Part shown: piece after piece, positions 44,943 through 59,310 of the stretch
Numbering within the stretch: position 1 is the stretch's first letter
Layout: each line of letters opens with the position of its first letter
Source: the human T2T-CHM13v2.0 reference genome, Homo sapiens
Strand: one strand, 5' to 3'
Assembly: GCF_009914755.1 (NCBI RefSeq)
Contig: NC_060926.1
DNA length: 64,000 nt
Program-made: the position numbers and the translations under genes
The notes under the pieces: model-generated
Database searches by the model: none
The model's input: the letters and a program-made list of their open reading frames with translations, nothing else
Told to the model about the DNA's origin: nothing

Positions 44943-47900
44943 TGTCCATGTTCTTTTTGTTGGCTTGAATTTACTAAGGATAAATTGGAATGTCTTTAGC
45001 CTTTTTGGAAAACTTATGATCTCCCCAAACTAGCATCTCCAAGACCTCTCCTTTCTCATTCTTTCTACTCTTCCTTATTTCTTTTACCACCTTGGGTTCT
45101 CATTCAGTTCTATTGAATCCTTTAATGTGTCCTCCTTCAAAATCCTAACAGTTTGTCCCTGCCTTTTAGTTTTCTAAAGACACTTGAAGTTTAAACTCTC
45201 TACTGCATAAGGAGCCCCTCAAGGATCTGCCAAAAGCAGCAACCTGAGACTGAAAAGGGGAAATGCTAAGTGGAAACAGTCTGAACATTGTATCAACTCA
45301 GGTAAGCTTTAGAGACATCTGGGTAGCTGCTAGGTGTTTCCTCAGTCACTCGTCTAAAATGTGGTCCACAGCCTCTGTAAGATTACGTATCAGGGCAAAA
45401 GAAAATCTTAAAAGTTCTCTCTACAAATAATGATTTTTTAAAAAAAGCTTTAGCTCTTATTCAACTTATCTTATTTTTGTCAGAAACACAATTTGGATAA
45501 AATGCAAAGTGGAAATAAGTTTTGTATGACTGTGTTGCCTGACTTATGACTAAAATTTTCAAATAAAATCTATAAAATAACTTTGTCTCTATGAATGTAC
45601 CTATATATGGTGTTTGTACATATGCATATATACACATATGTACATACACTTTTTTCTTTCAGGATGATATTACCAAATTATAAAATCCCTTAAAGAAATT
45701 CTACTTAAATTGGCTTAAAAATAATTGAACACTTATATAAGTTAAATACTCCTAAAATTCATAGAAATATGAAACTTACCCAGTGCTTTTCAAGTTTACA
45801 TGATTTGAGTAAATCTTTAGTAAATAAAATCAGTTTAATATTGTTGGTTTAATACAAACAGCTATATCTTCTGAGTTATGAGCTTTAAGTATAAGACAAG
45901 CATAAATTTTTATTCTGTTTGAGTTTACTAGTTGAATAAAGTAATAATGTATGTACTTGATGTTTGAAATTGTAAAAATTTAAATTCAACCTAAAACAAA
46001 TGTATAATTCCACAAACAGGAGAAATGAGTTACTTGATATCCAGTACTTCATATATATCAAACACAACAGTAAAACAAAGAAACTCGTGTATTTAACTTA
46101 TTAAAGTTTTCTATTTGCTTTTATTTAGTCTAGCCTGCATATGCTGTGAAAATAGTTAACCAGAAAGTAACTTGAGATTATGGCTGACTGTGTCTGGTGT
46201 TACAGTATATCTGCCCAAAAACAGTTTTCAAAATCTTCTTGCTAACTATCAAGCTTAGTGTTACGTTAAGTAATACATATTCATTAATAATTAATTAGGA
46301 TACACTACTAAAATATTCATTACTAATCACACATTTAAGTTTATATAGTTTTGGTGTCTTGTTTTTATACAATATACAGAAGTTGAATATATTTGGGTCT
46401 GTTAACAAAAATGAGAAATGTACTATGAGGAAACAGCATATAACTATAAGAAATATGAGATGGTATATTCATAAAATTTGCAAGTCTGTTATCAAAATCC
46501 TGGTATATGACAGATAATTGTCTACTTTGTCTATTTCTTGATTTTCTCAGTGAAAGAATGGCTGCTAATAGTTAATAATTATAATCAATATATGTAATTA
46601 AAACTACTAGAAATAATAAGAGTGATGGGAAACAACTCATATGAAAAGTATGCAAGGAATGTCGGTTTTTTTTATATGAAAAGATATACAAAGTAGGAAG
46701 GATGTGTTTTTTGTTAAAGGGATATAAAAGAGTAATTTTCTTCTAAAGTAAGATGACTGGTGTTCCAGAAAGAGAAAAATGTAGAAGAAAAAAAAAATTG
46801 AATGGATATAAGAAGGGTGTAGAAAGTTTGCAGAAAAAAGATATTATCTAATGTATTCAAGCTGTCTAATGATTGGAAGATATTTATTTATGTGTTTTAT
46901 TTTAATGAGCCTCACATCAAAACTGTATTATGTTAAACTAGTATTTGGTTTTATCTCTGTCAAAATGGCAACATTTTCTTGGGTTATTGGTCTGTTCTAA
47001 ATACGAGATTTTTTTTTTCCTTGACTCAAGTAATCTGAGAAAAAAGATTCTGTGTTTTTTAAAAAATAATATGTGCATTATATTAACCTTTAACCAAGGA
47101 CTTGACTAGAATATCATATTTGAGGATGACATAACCATTCAGCTTTAAAGAACTAAGGCCTACTTTACTGAGCCAATGCTTAAAAAGCCCTCCTGGAAAA
47201 ACTGGCCTGGTATCTGGCTTATGGGATTTCCAGTTTTACAGATGAGTAAGTAAGGTTCCTTGCAGGCTCAGGAACATCAAGATATTTTGAGGACTTTAAG
47301 AAAAAAGAATTTCATCTAAATCTATATGTACTGCAAGCAAAATCTGGTGGTGAGTTCTTGGCTTTGCTTCCTGGTCTTGAGAGATTTATAAAAGTCCAAT
47401 CTGAGATTCCAATGAAAAGTTCCAGGAAGACAAATTCAAAAAGACCTATGTAGTCAGTTACCATTCTTGCTGCACTTATGTAAATAACCAAGCCAAATCT
47501 AATGAGACCAGATTTATTTTGTAAGCAACAATCAAAAGGGGTCGGGGGTGAGTGTAGGGAGAAATGTTCTGTTTCAACAAAAAACTATAGCGTACACTGC
47601 GTGTTACTATCTGAAAACTGGACTGTATCAATTCTAGTTTCTTCCAATATTTGGCTATGACTCTCCAAACCAATGGAGAGTTTCCATTTTTTTTTCTCCC
47701 ACCTTCCTGACTTGGCATCACTGAGAACTGAAACTGCCCTTTTCCCCAAGCTCAGCAAGCTGAAGCTAGATGTTTTGATACAAACTTCAAAGAAACCACC
47801 ACACAAGTAAAAAAATATGTATGGGCAATCTACATGCTTGCTGCTGTATGGGCCACTAAGAAAGGTTACAGAAATACCCAGTGTCATAACCAAAGACATT

Positions 47901-48095
47901 AATACTGCAAACCAGGAAATTAATTGGATTGCCACTACCAACTTTGAGCCCAACATCCAGAAATCTTACTGACTGGCTACCCTCTGAACTCAGACTGGGT
48001 TTACAACTATTAATATTTTTCTTCTTTTATTTTCATAGAATTCCTCTTCATTAATGCCTGACTGCTTGCACCAGCCAGCAAATATCTTCTACTAC

Positions 48096-50388
48096 TGACA
48101 TGGTTTGGCTATGTCCCCACCCAAATCTCATGTTGAATTCCCACGTGTTATGGGAGGGACCTGGTGGGGAGGGAGTTGAATCATGGGGGCAGATCTTTCC
48201 CATGCTGTTCTTGTGATATTGAATAAGTCCCATGAGATTTGATGGTTTTAAAAATGGGAGTTTTCCTGCACAAGCTCTGTTTCTTGCCTGCCACCATCCA
48301 TGCAGGATGTGACTTGCTCCTCCTTGCCTTCTGCTTTGTGAGACCTCCCCAGCCATGTGGAACTGTAAGTCCAATAAACACCTTTCTTATGTAAATTGCC
48401 CAGTATGTCTTTATCAGCAGTGTGAAAAAGCCCTAATACAATAAATTGGTACCACTAGAGTGGGGCATTGCTGAAAAGATACTTGAAAATGTGGAAATGA
48501 CTTTGGAACTGGGTAACAAACGGAGCTTGAAACAGTTTGGAGAGCTCAGAAGAGGAGAAGAAAATTTGGGAACCTTTGGAGCTTCCTAGAGGTGAATGGC
48601 TTTGCCCCAAATGCTGATAGCCATAAGGACAATAAAGTCCAGGTTGAGATGCTCTAAGATGGAAATGAGAAACTTTTTGGGGGCTGGAGCAAAGATGACT
48701 CTTTTTATGTCTTAGCAAAGAGACTGGTGGCATTTTGCCCCTGCCCTAGAGATTTGTGGAACTTTGAACTTGAGAAAGATGATTTAGGGTATCTGGCAGA
48801 AGAAATTTCTAAGCAGCAAAGCATTCAAGAAGTGACTTGGGTGCTGTTAAAGGCTTTCAGTTTTATAAGGGAAGCTGAGCATAAACATTTGGAAACTTTG
48901 CAGCCTGACAGTGTGTTAGAAAAGAAAATCCCATTTTCTGAGGAGAAATTCAAGCCAGCTGCAGAAATTTGCTTAAGTAATGGGGAGCCAAATGTTAATC
49001 CCCAAGACAATGGGGAAAATGTCTCCAAGGCATGTCAGAGGTGTTCACTTCAGGCCTTCTCATCACAGGCCTGGAGGCCTAGGAGGAAATAGTGGTTTTG
49101 TGGGCCAGGTCCAGGGTCACCATGCTGTGTGCAGCCTAGTGACTTGGTGCCCTGCATCCCAGCTGCTCAAGCTGTAGATGAAAGGGGCCAATGTAGAATT
49201 TCGGCCATGGCTCCAGAGGGTGCAAGCCTCAAGCCTTGACAGCTTCCACATGGTGTGGAGCCTGCCAGTGCACAGAAGTCAAAAATTGGGGTTTGGGAAC
49301 CTCCAACTAGATTTCAGAAGATGTTTGGAAATGTCTGGAAGTCCAAGCAGAAGTTTGCTACTGGGGTGGGGATCTCATGGAGATCCTCTGCTGTGGCAGT
49401 GTGGAAAGGAAATAATGTGGTTGGAGCCCCCACACAGAGTCCTTACTGGAACACTTCTTAGTGGAGCTGTGAGAAGAGGGCTAACATCCTCCAGACACCA
49501 GAATGGTAGATCTAGTGACTGCTTGCACCGTGCACCTGGAAAAGCCGTAGACACTCAACTCCAGTTTGTGAAGGCAGCAGGGAAGGAGGTTGTGAAGCCA
49601 CAGGGGTGGAGCCACCCAAGACCATGGGAACCCACCTCTTGCATCACCGTGACCTGGATGTAAGACATGGAGTCTAAGGAGATCATTTTGGAGCTTTAGG
49701 ATTTGACTGCCCTGCCAGATTTCAGACTTGCATTTCACTTGTTGAAAATATTTTCAGTAGCCCCTTTGTTTTGGCCAACTGCTCCCATTTGGAACAGCTG
49801 TATTTACCCAATACCTGTACCCTCATTGTATCTAGGAAGTAAATAAATTTCTTTTGATTTTACAGGCTCATAGGCAGAAGGGACTTGCCTTGTTTCAGAT
49901 GAGACTCTGGACCGTAGACTTTTGAGTTAATGCTGAAATGAGTTAAGACAACTGGGGGACTGTTGGGAAGGCATGATTGGTTTTGAAATGTGAGGATATG
50001 AGATTTGGCAGGGGTAGATGATGAGATTTGGCAGGGGTAGATGATATGATTTGCCTGTGACCCCACACAAATCTCATCTTGAATTTGCATATGTTGTTGG
50101 GGGGAGCTGGCGGAAGGTAGTTAAATCATGGGGACAGGTCTTTCCCTTGCTGTTTTTGTGATAGTGAATAAGTCTCATGACATCTGATAAAAATGGGAGT
50201 TTTCCTGCACAAGCCTTCTCTTACCTGCTGCCATCCACGTAAGTAGTGAATTGCTTCTTCCTAGCCTTCCGCCATGATTCTGAGGCCTCCCCAGCCACGT
50301 GGAGCTGTAAGTTCAAGAAACCTCTTTCTTTTGTAAATTGCCAGTCTTGGGTATGTCTTCATCAGCAGTGTGAAAATGGACTAATACA
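48096..50388 (+). mobile_element. Full-length THE1 provirus (LTRs 48096-48440 and 50042-50388)
   Basis: Two LTRs, ~1.6-kb internal region, perfect 5-bp TSD ACTAC. ORFs 48727 and 49178 lie in the internal region. Confidence 0.95.
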
Positions 50389-50487
50389 ACTACCAAATCC
50401 CAACAAATGATTTAGCTGCTTCTTAATGAACAGAAGAAATGAATTTATATTGTTCAAAGGACTTCACATTTGTTCAAATGAAAGGAC

Positions 50488-50986
50488 TAACAACAGCCTT
50501 TCTCCTTCATTAAACTAGTCAGGCTCTTCTGAATCCTCTTCCCAACTAAGCTTTAACTTTTATACTTCTGTTCTTCTTTGCATTGCCTAATTTTGGAAAG
50601 AGTCCTGTTAAGTCAGTTAGGCCAGAAGAACAACCCTTGATACATAATTACCCTCAATTTCCCACTAAATTTCTCATCTTCCACCATCACCCAGGTGATA
50701 TCTGATCACTCTGGTCTGCCTTCACCAAGAATCCTGTTAGGTCATTTTAGCCAGAATCTTCCCTTACCCCTGGTGTTTCCTCTTAGTAATGTTCTTTGCA
50801 CTGACATCCCCACCCTACTCCTTGGCTATAAATTCCCACTTTTCCTTGTTGCATTTTTGTAGTGGAGGCCAACCTCTCTCCCCCGCTGCAGAACTTCATT
50901 GCAGTAGTCCCTATACCTATTGTGATAGTCCGTCTGAATAAAGTGTGCTGTAACTGTGTTTTTAACACCTTAGAAATATTTTTCAC
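50488..50986 (+). mobile_element. MER31-like LTR (ERV1)
   Basis: 'aaactagtcaggctcttctga...aagaatcctgttaggtca...ccttggctataaattcccactt...gaataaagt'. Confidence 0.75.
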
Positions 50987-53039
50987 AGGTGATGGTAGGT
51001 ATGGAAAAAAATAAGTTTAATGTGTGAAAACCATAAAGTGCTTGGTTACTAAACATAAGGACTAGAGAAGGGAAGGAAATAAGGAAATCTTCTGTTTCAA
51101 CTCTAAGTCAAAAGAACAGTGGTAGAGCAGACAGAGTTAAGAAACTTCCAACAGGACTTAGAAAGACATGTAAATATTTAAGTCATAAATATCTCTCTTT
51201 AAATGGAACTGCCTCTAAAATATATCTGAAAACAAAACAAAACAAAACAAAAAAAAGAATCGATTTCCTAACACAGAAGGCATTCAAAAGTTTTCCCTTG
51301 ATGTTCAGTCTTTTCCCACTCTTCTTTGTAATCACGAAATTCAATATTGTGATTCGTTGTTTATCATATCTGCCTTTTCTACCAGCCTGTAATCTTCTAG
51401 AGATCTTCTTAATAACTCTAGTATCTAGCACAATATAAATTCTCAATGAATTAAAACAGTATCTAAGACCAGGGTGATTCTCTAATTCTTTTACCAAATG
51501 AGGGAGGGTAAGATATTTTGGACCCATATTTTGAGTCCTACCAACTACCCAGAATGCTATAATAGCCTGGGAAGAAGAAATCTTTATATTCCTTGAACTC
51601 TTAATGTAGTCCTCTAAAAAACCCCTGAGGTGGTTCTGATACTTGCCTATTGCCTTCTGCCTGCCTTCCTCATTGAGTCTCCACTGGGTCACTTCAGTTT
51701 AAATTGAATATAAAACTTCTAAACAGTGTCTTCACAGCAACTATCAATTTTAAATATTTTTTGGCATGCAAACTCTCCATTAGTAAAAATTCATCCTGAA
51801 TAATCTATTCAAAATACTTCTTATATTTGATGCCTCGCTGTCATGAATCAAAATCACTAATTATTCTGACTCCTTTAAATTTATTCATAGCTCATGAATT
51901 GGTCCTTCACTATACTGACCTCATAGTAGTTCTTGAAATGGACAATGGATTATCTTGTCCTTGTGTTAGAAAAGTAACTTCTAGGACTTCTACTTCAAGT
52001 CAGCTTAGTAGAAATCCCATGTGTTTTCCCATGCAAGAAAAGAAAGTGATGTAACTATCTGTTTCTGGTGAATTAAATTGCGTAGTCTTCATATTGTGCA
52101 AGGTAATAGGACATATTTAAGGTGTATAATATTTATTTTTTTAAACATCTTCCTCAGTGAAATGAGAATTCATTCCATAATTTAAAGCCTCTTTTTTGTT
52201 CCGGCTTAAAAAATTTCCTGTTAAGACTCTAATTTTCATAAATAAACTGCCTCCATTTCTTTTATATGTAATCTTGCAATAAAAGAAGGATAATCTTCTA
52301 GCCAAGAAATTTCTCAGAGACAAATTTAAATACTGGTTATTCAGTTGGGTTTTAGCAAAAGGTAAATTTCTAAACTATAGGACAATGCATTTATAACTTA
52401 CTTGGTTTTGACAGTGATCTGATCCTCCTGGCAAATTTAAAAGGTGTCAGGTATAAAGTAACAGGCATATTTTCTGGAAATGTGTGTATCATCTCCCTGT
52501 TATTGAGGATCAGCTTGACATCATTGCGAAATTTATATTTGAAACGTATTCTTTGGTTGTCACAGTAATGTTTGGAAATTCGAAAGCCAGAAGAACTGGC
52601 AGTACTTTTCCAAAGCTTCATTTTGAGGAAGTATAAATAGAGAATATTACTGCCATGTAGGCCATTTCTGGAGGGATAACTGTTTAAATAAGAAGAAAAC
52701 ACCTGGGCAGAGTCCTTGATCGTTACAATTAGAGACTTTAAATGACAACCTTAGGGACAGGTCTAGCAAGAATTTTACTTGCATTTCCAATCACTTAATA
52801 GTCAGACATTTATTACCTATGTATATTTTTTACTCATCAAACATATATTGCACTCTTACAGTTTTTAAAGCCTTGTCTAATAACTAAATACACAGATAGT
52901 TCAGATGTGGTCCCTGTCTCTACCTCTTTGTTCTTTTCAAAACATTTTAACAGAGCTAATTTTTTTCTTACATTAAAAGGAAACTGAACTGATTTTATGT
53001 TTAAAAATGAATGAAGTAGTAATTCCATCATCCAAATGC

Positions 53040-53362
53040 AATTTATTTTTTAAACTGTAAAGAAGTACACATGACAAAGAATTTACCATCTTGACCATTT
53101 TTAAGTGGTCTATGATTCAGTTAAGTGTGTGTTGCACAGCTACCCCCAGATGTCTTTTCTTCCTGTAAAACTGAAGCTCTCTACACATTAAACAAAAACT
53201 CACCTCTCCCCCAGCCCCTGGCAACGCCATTCTACTTTCTTTCTCTGAGTTTGACTAATTTAGGTACCTTATATAAGTGGAATAATACTGTACTTGTCTT
53301 TTTGTGACCACTTGTTAAAATATAACATCCTCAAGTTTCATCCATGTGTACCATGTATCAGA
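53040..53362 (-). mobile_element. L1MB 3' end fragment
   Basis: 'atttaccatcttgaccatttttaagtg' and 'ccccagcccctggcaac'. Confidence 0.8.
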
Positions 53363-53629
53363 CCAAATGCAGTTTCTTCTAATATTTTACTTCCTTTCAG
53401 TCATATTTATTTTAATTTTACAAATATTTTGCTGTCTGCAGTGTTCACTTAACCTGACAAGTATTTTCTTATGTGTTAGAAAATCTTGGGAGTGTAATTT
53501 TTCATGACTGCATTTACACATTTACAGCACGTGTATTTGCTATTTTGAATTCAGCTTGACTCTGTGACTTTTAATTGGGGAGATCAATTTTTATATATTT
53601 TGGCATAATTTTTTTTGGCATTTAAAAAA

Positions 53630-54440
53630 AATTTTTCGAGCCATGGAAAGCCACTGCTGGGTTTTACACAAAGGATTCACATTTTGAATTTGTGTTGTAA
53701 GAAGCTCACACTGATTGAAGGACAGAGAAAGGATTGGAGAGCAGCCAGAGGGAATGCAGAAAGTTTAGGTAGATAGCTATTTTTGTGATCCAGAATTGAG
53801 GTAATGGACACTTCTACTGATGATATGGATTATACAGATGAAGAAAGTAGATGGGAGCTAAAAACTCACTGCATTTATTAGATTGGAACTAGATGGTGGG
53901 AGATAAGAGGTGACAAGGATGATTCTTGGAATTCTGCATTGCATAACTAACTGGATGCTGGTGCCATTTGTAGAAATATTGGGACTAAGTTTGTTGGGAG
54001 GAAGACTACAGGTTTGTTATGGGACATAGTAAGTCTCAGCTGTCTTTGAGACATCTATTGAAAGATGGCCAAGTGGGCTGGGTGCAGTGGCTCATGCCTG
54101 TCATCCCAGCACTTTGGGAGGCCGAGGCAGGGGGGGTCGCCTGAGGTCAGGAGTTGGAGACCAGCCTGACCAACACAGTGAAATCCTGTCTTTACTAAAA
54201 ATACAAAAATTAGCCAGGCCTGGTGGCATATGCCTGTAATCCCAGCTACAGGCATGGGAGGCTACAGGCACTGGGAGGCTGGGACAGGAGAATAGCTTGA
54301 ACCCAGGAAGCAGAGGTTGCAGTGAGCCGAGATCATGCCACTGCACTCTAGCCTGGGTGACACAGTTAGACTCTGTCTCCCCAAAAAAAAAAAAAAAAAA
54401 AAGAGATGGCCAAGTGAAGAGTTGGCTGTGAAGGTCTGTT
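53630..54440 (-). mobile_element. L2 fragment interrupted by an Alu
   Basis: 'ggaaagccactgctgggtttta' and 'actggatgctggtgccattt'. Confidence 0.7.
54076..54403 (+). mobile_element. AluSx-like SINE with internal insertion
   Basis: TSD agatggccaagtg (54063-54075 / 54404-54416). Confidence 0.92.
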
Positions 54441-54540
54441 GCTTAATAATTAGTGGTTTTGTTTTCTTAGTGTTTCATAATGATTGTTGTTTTTTGGTGT
54501 AGGCTATTTGGTTTATATTACCATTTATAATGGTTTAGAG

Positions 54541-54732
54541 CAGTGATTAGCAAACTTTTGTTTAATGTCCACATAGTAAATACTTAAGTCTTATGGAACA
54601 TATGGTCTGTCTCTATGCAAGTACTCAACTCTGTCTTTACAGCAGCAAAAACAGGCAGTAGATAAATGAATGGATATTACTATGTTTCAATAAAAATCTT
54701 ACTGCAAAAACAGTTGAGTTTGTTGACCCCCG
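54541..54732 (+). mobile_element. MER58A hAT-Charlie MITE
   Basis: 'cagtgattagcaaact...gtttgttgaccccc'. 8-bp flanks gtttagag/aattagag. Confidence 0.75.
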
Positions 54733-54809
54733 AATTAGAGAAGTTTTTACCCTTTAAATCCTTGGAGGTACCCTAGTTTTTATGTTCATATCCCTGTCTG
54801 TGTACCTTA

Positions 54810-54942
54810 TCTATGGTTCTCAAATTGTGAATCTTGAACTGGCACCTTCACCATCATAGTAGAAATGCAATTTTCCAGCGTATCCAGACTTACAGAACCA
54901 GGAACTCTGGGGAGTGGAGCCCAAGGATCTGTTTATCAAGAC

Positions 54943-54984
<42 letters not shown>

Positions 54985-55221
54985 GACTTCTAAGTGATGC
55001 TGATGCATGCTAAAATCTGGGAACCACTACAGCAGAATAGTAGTTCTTGATCCTGGCTACATATTAAAATTACTTGTGAGGTTTTACAAAAAAACTTATT
55101 CTAAGAACACTATCCAGAACAATTAAGTCAATATCTGGCTATGAAGACCAGCAAATATATCATTATTTTTAGAATGTTCTCAGATCATTTTCATATGCTG
55201 CCAGCATTTAAGAGTCATTGT
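54810..55221. mobile_element. Two adjacent MER5-type elements; the first contains a (CA)n at ~54945-54982
   Basis: 'tggttctcaaa...gtgatgctgatgcatgctaaaatctgggaaccact' followed by 'gtagttcttgatcctggctacatatta...ttaagagtcattg'. Confidence 0.7.
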
Positions 55222-56299
55222 TTTTATATAAATATCCTGTAATAGGTGATCAATTTCTCCTGAAATTTAAGTTAATTTCAACAATGCACCTAAGGAATTA
55301 ATATTAGGGGAGTTAAACTGGAATTTAAGTGGAAAGAGAGTTTTCCTGATTTGACAGTCATGGGCAAAATTCTTGTTATAGGATATGGTTTTTGTCTAAA
55401 GAAATTGATTATAGGCTTGTTGAAACTAACCTATAGGTCACCTGAAATTTGTTTTCTTTGTTTTGTTTTTGAAAAATGTCTACAAATCCCTTTAAATTCT
55501 GGCAAAGGTTGGGAGAAGAAACTTAAAATTTACCTCAAGTCATTCAAAATTTATTAGGAGGTGACTTTTTTTTTCAAACTTAACCATTAAAAATTGAATT
55601 GTAGAAGACATTTAAATGATCTATTTTGGCCTCAGAAATCACAAATCCTGTATGGATATTGCCACAGAGTTTGATTTTTTTAAAGTGCAGATGTGTAGCA
55701 GTTATTTCTGATTGTACAACTCACATAATTTAATTATAAAGTCCTATCATTCAAATTTACTGACAGCTAATTAAATATAATCTCAATTGTGAAGATTTAG
55801 CATTCATTCTACTTAAATCATTTGCTTGAATCAAAAATACTAAAAATTTCAATCGTAGTCATCTTCTTTCCTTGAATTCATGAAATGAAAACTCTCAGCA
55901 TATTTAAAGCTAGTAATATGCTCAAGAGACATATTCCACATAGATCCATTCGTTCCATTCACTTGAAAGCAAAAATTCCTAACTTCTCTGTGTAGTGTTT
56001 TTATTTAACAAGGATTATAAAAATTTTATAAAAATTTTAATGTGTATCATGTTCACAATACATTACAAAAACTTATTTCCCTAAAAATAGAAACATTGAT
56101 TAAAAATTTGATTATTATACATAAAGAGCTTCAGATCTATTGCAGTTTCCATGTCAAACTGGTTTGAAGAGTTACTAGTTCCATTTAAATCTGCTGCAAT
56201 AATGATGGTTTGTGTGAGTTATTCAGAAAGCCCAAATTGCCAGATTCTACTTCACTTTGATTCATTTATCTCAACGGAGTTTAAGAGATTGAGGGGTCA

Positions 56300-56698
<399 letters not shown>

Positions 56699-56981
56699 TT
56701 AATAAAACTCTTCAGATTAATTGCATCTTAATCTGGACTAAGAGTGAAGCATTAGACAAGTTTCTTTGTTAGGAACAATGACATTATCAAAGTGTAAGGT
56801 TCTTCTCAAATTCATTTGAATCATGTAAAATCCAGGGCATAAACACTAATATAAAATTGCCATTTTGATCAATCCTACTTACTTTTCTTTGGGTATGTCA
56901 AGTAAAAATACTCTTTGGGTTAATCTCTTGAGATTTCGTTTTTGACATAAGTTTTCCTATAAAATCTAAATCTTCACTCAC

Positions 56982-57286
56982 TTTTTTTTTTTTTTTTTTT
57001 TTGAGATGGAGTCTCCTTCTGTTGCCCAGACTAGGGTACAGTGGCATGATTTCGACTCACTGCAACCTCCACCTCCTAAGTTCAAGCGATTCTCCTGCGT
57101 CAGCCCCCTGAGTAGCTGGGACTACAGGTGTGTACCCCTACTCATGGCTAATTTTTTTGTATTTTTAGTAGAGGTGGGGTTTCACCATGTTGGTCAGGCT
57201 GTTCTCGAAATCCTGACCTCAAATGATCTGCCCACCTCGGTCTCCCAAAGTGCTGGGATTACAGGGATGAGCCACGTTGCCCAGCC
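56982..57286 (-). mobile_element. AluS (Sz/Sx-like)
   Basis: Antisense Alu dimer with a poly-T head. Confidence 0.9.
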
Positions 57287-57574
57287 TGTTCAGTCTCTTA
57301 ATTAGTGGATACTTCAATGGCAGATGTAGTTTCCATTTTTGTTTTTATCACCCACTAATGTTGAATAATTTCAAAAAGGATGGGAAAAACTTTTAGGTAA
57401 GAGTATGAGGTGCGATCATGTTAAAAAACAGTCATGCAATTCTGATGTTTTTGTTCCTATATATTTCTTATGTAACTTTTTAAGCCAAAATGTAATTTGT
57501 ATAAAGGCAAATCATCTTGTCTCATTATTAATTCAATACCTACATCTATGGTTTTAAAAGTATAGTGTGCTTCA

Positions 57575-57682
57575 AAAGCACTCTGATTCAGTAGGTCTGA
57601 GACAGAACCAATAATGTGCATTTCTAACAAGTTCTAAGTTAATGTTGATGCTGCTTTGAGACCCTTCCTTTAGAACTAACAG
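57575..57682 (+). mobile_element. MER5A fragment
   Basis: 'ctgattcagtaggtctg...tgcatttctaacaagttc'. Confidence 0.65.
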
Positions 57683-57835
57683 ACATCATCAATAAACAAG
57701 GAATAGACTACTTAATTTTATTCACTAGGACAAAGCTTACAACTGATTTAAGAATGTGGCTAATTGAGGGTCATAAAACTTTTGTTTTGTTTTTGGCTCT
57801 TGGAGACTAAACAAAAGTCTTTGGCTCTTATAGCC

Positions 57836-58311
57836 TGAGCATATATGGGAATTAAACTCTGATCCACAACCTTTGCAGCAAACAGCTTGGAAAACCAAAT
57901 CATATATTCTGCAGCAACCAGTCCAAGAAGCTGAACCAAAACCTCTGTAATAATTGGTAGCACAATTCGTTAGATTGGTTAATATTTGGCCAATGAATGC
58001 CAGCTTCCTTCTTTTTGGCCCTAGCTTTCAACTCAGGACCAACTAGAGAAAGCCAAATATGCTTCCCAAACCAGTCACATAAGACCGTCTTGCTTCAGGT
58101 TAGCATACCTCCAGCTTCCCCATGCCAAAACCTTCAATCAGAGTACACCTGAAGCCTTCCCTATTTTTTCACTGTAAAGTTGTCTTTCCTACTCTCCTGT
58201 CTGATGTTGAGTCTCTGCCAAATACAAGTGATGGTAGCTGACCCCCTTCATATAGCAAAGTCTGAATACATAACCTCCTTTCTAATTTTTGTGCTCCGTT
58301 TTATTTTCACA
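57836..58311 (+). mobile_element. MER110-like ERV1 LTR inserted in a MIR
   Basis: 'caactcaggaccaactagagaaagccaaatatgct...ccagcttccccatgccaa'. MIR core resumes at 58312-58430. Confidence 0.6.
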
Positions 58312-59109
58312 GCTCCAGCAGTTACTAACTGATCTTGGGTAACTTAGTTAAATTCTTTATGCTTCAATTTCCTCATGTAAAGAAAAGCTATGGTAATAAT
58401 TGTGTTCATAAGTTGTTGCAGTTTCGCGTATATCATTATAAGCATCTATAAATTATATTCAATTGATCAGCTTTATAGAGGATCACTAAAAACAATATTC
58501 CTTGGTTTAATATACCTGCATTTTTAAAGATTATGTTAAAAGTATAAAATCTATCTGTTCTCTCTTGAAAACTATGCCAGGATAATAGTTAATGAACTTT
58601 AAGTGCTGTTCTACAAAATATGTATATACACCAAACTAGAGTTGTTTCTATTTTTGTAATGCTGCTGAGAAACTCGGAAGTATTACTATCTCTACACTTC
58701 TTTAAGGCAGATTTTGTTTCTTCAAGGATTTTTTTTGTCAGTGTCGTTATTTAAGAAGCCACCTCAAGTTACTTTAGAGACAGGCAGAGTAAAAACTGAG
58801 GCTTATATATAAATGCTTTTTACAAGTAATCTTAATTATATAAGAAATGTATGTTAAAATGAACCATACAGATAAGAAAAAACATTCTTTTGACTACCAC
58901 CATAAATCTTCATATCCCTTCCACAGGTGACCACCAATATTTTTTTCACAGAAGCAACGATGATGCAAGGTCTGATTTTTTATCTGTAGAGATAGTAGAT
59001 AAATTGTTTGGAAGAAGGAAGTATAGTGGAGGAGATGATAAACCGCAAATGATGACTGACTTAAACAAATTAGCTTCACTTGTGTCAATCTCTCAGTGAA
59101 ACTTGTATA

Positions 59110-59310
59110 AAAATAATGGCTAACACTTATTAGAGCTTATTTATTGCTCTCTACATATTAATGTTCGTATCAACCTTATCTTATAGATAAGGCTCCTAAT
59201 ATCCAGAGAAATCAAGTGAATTTCCCAAGTTTACACAGCTAGTAAGCAGCAGGTGGGATGTGAACACAAGATAAACACATTCGGATACTAAACTCTTAAC
59301 TTCTATACTC
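59110..59310 (-). mobile_element. MIR
   Basis: 'cagagaaatcaagtgaatttcccaagtttacacagctagtaag'. Confidence 0.75.

Noticed and set aside
48727-49663. 121-aa and 161-aa ORFs
   Set aside because: Broken reading frames within the THE1 internal region.
51183-51692. 169-aa minus-strand ORF
   Set aside because: Non-ATG start, runs through an (AAAAC)n tract and a probable MER5-like remnant, and has no recognisable domain.
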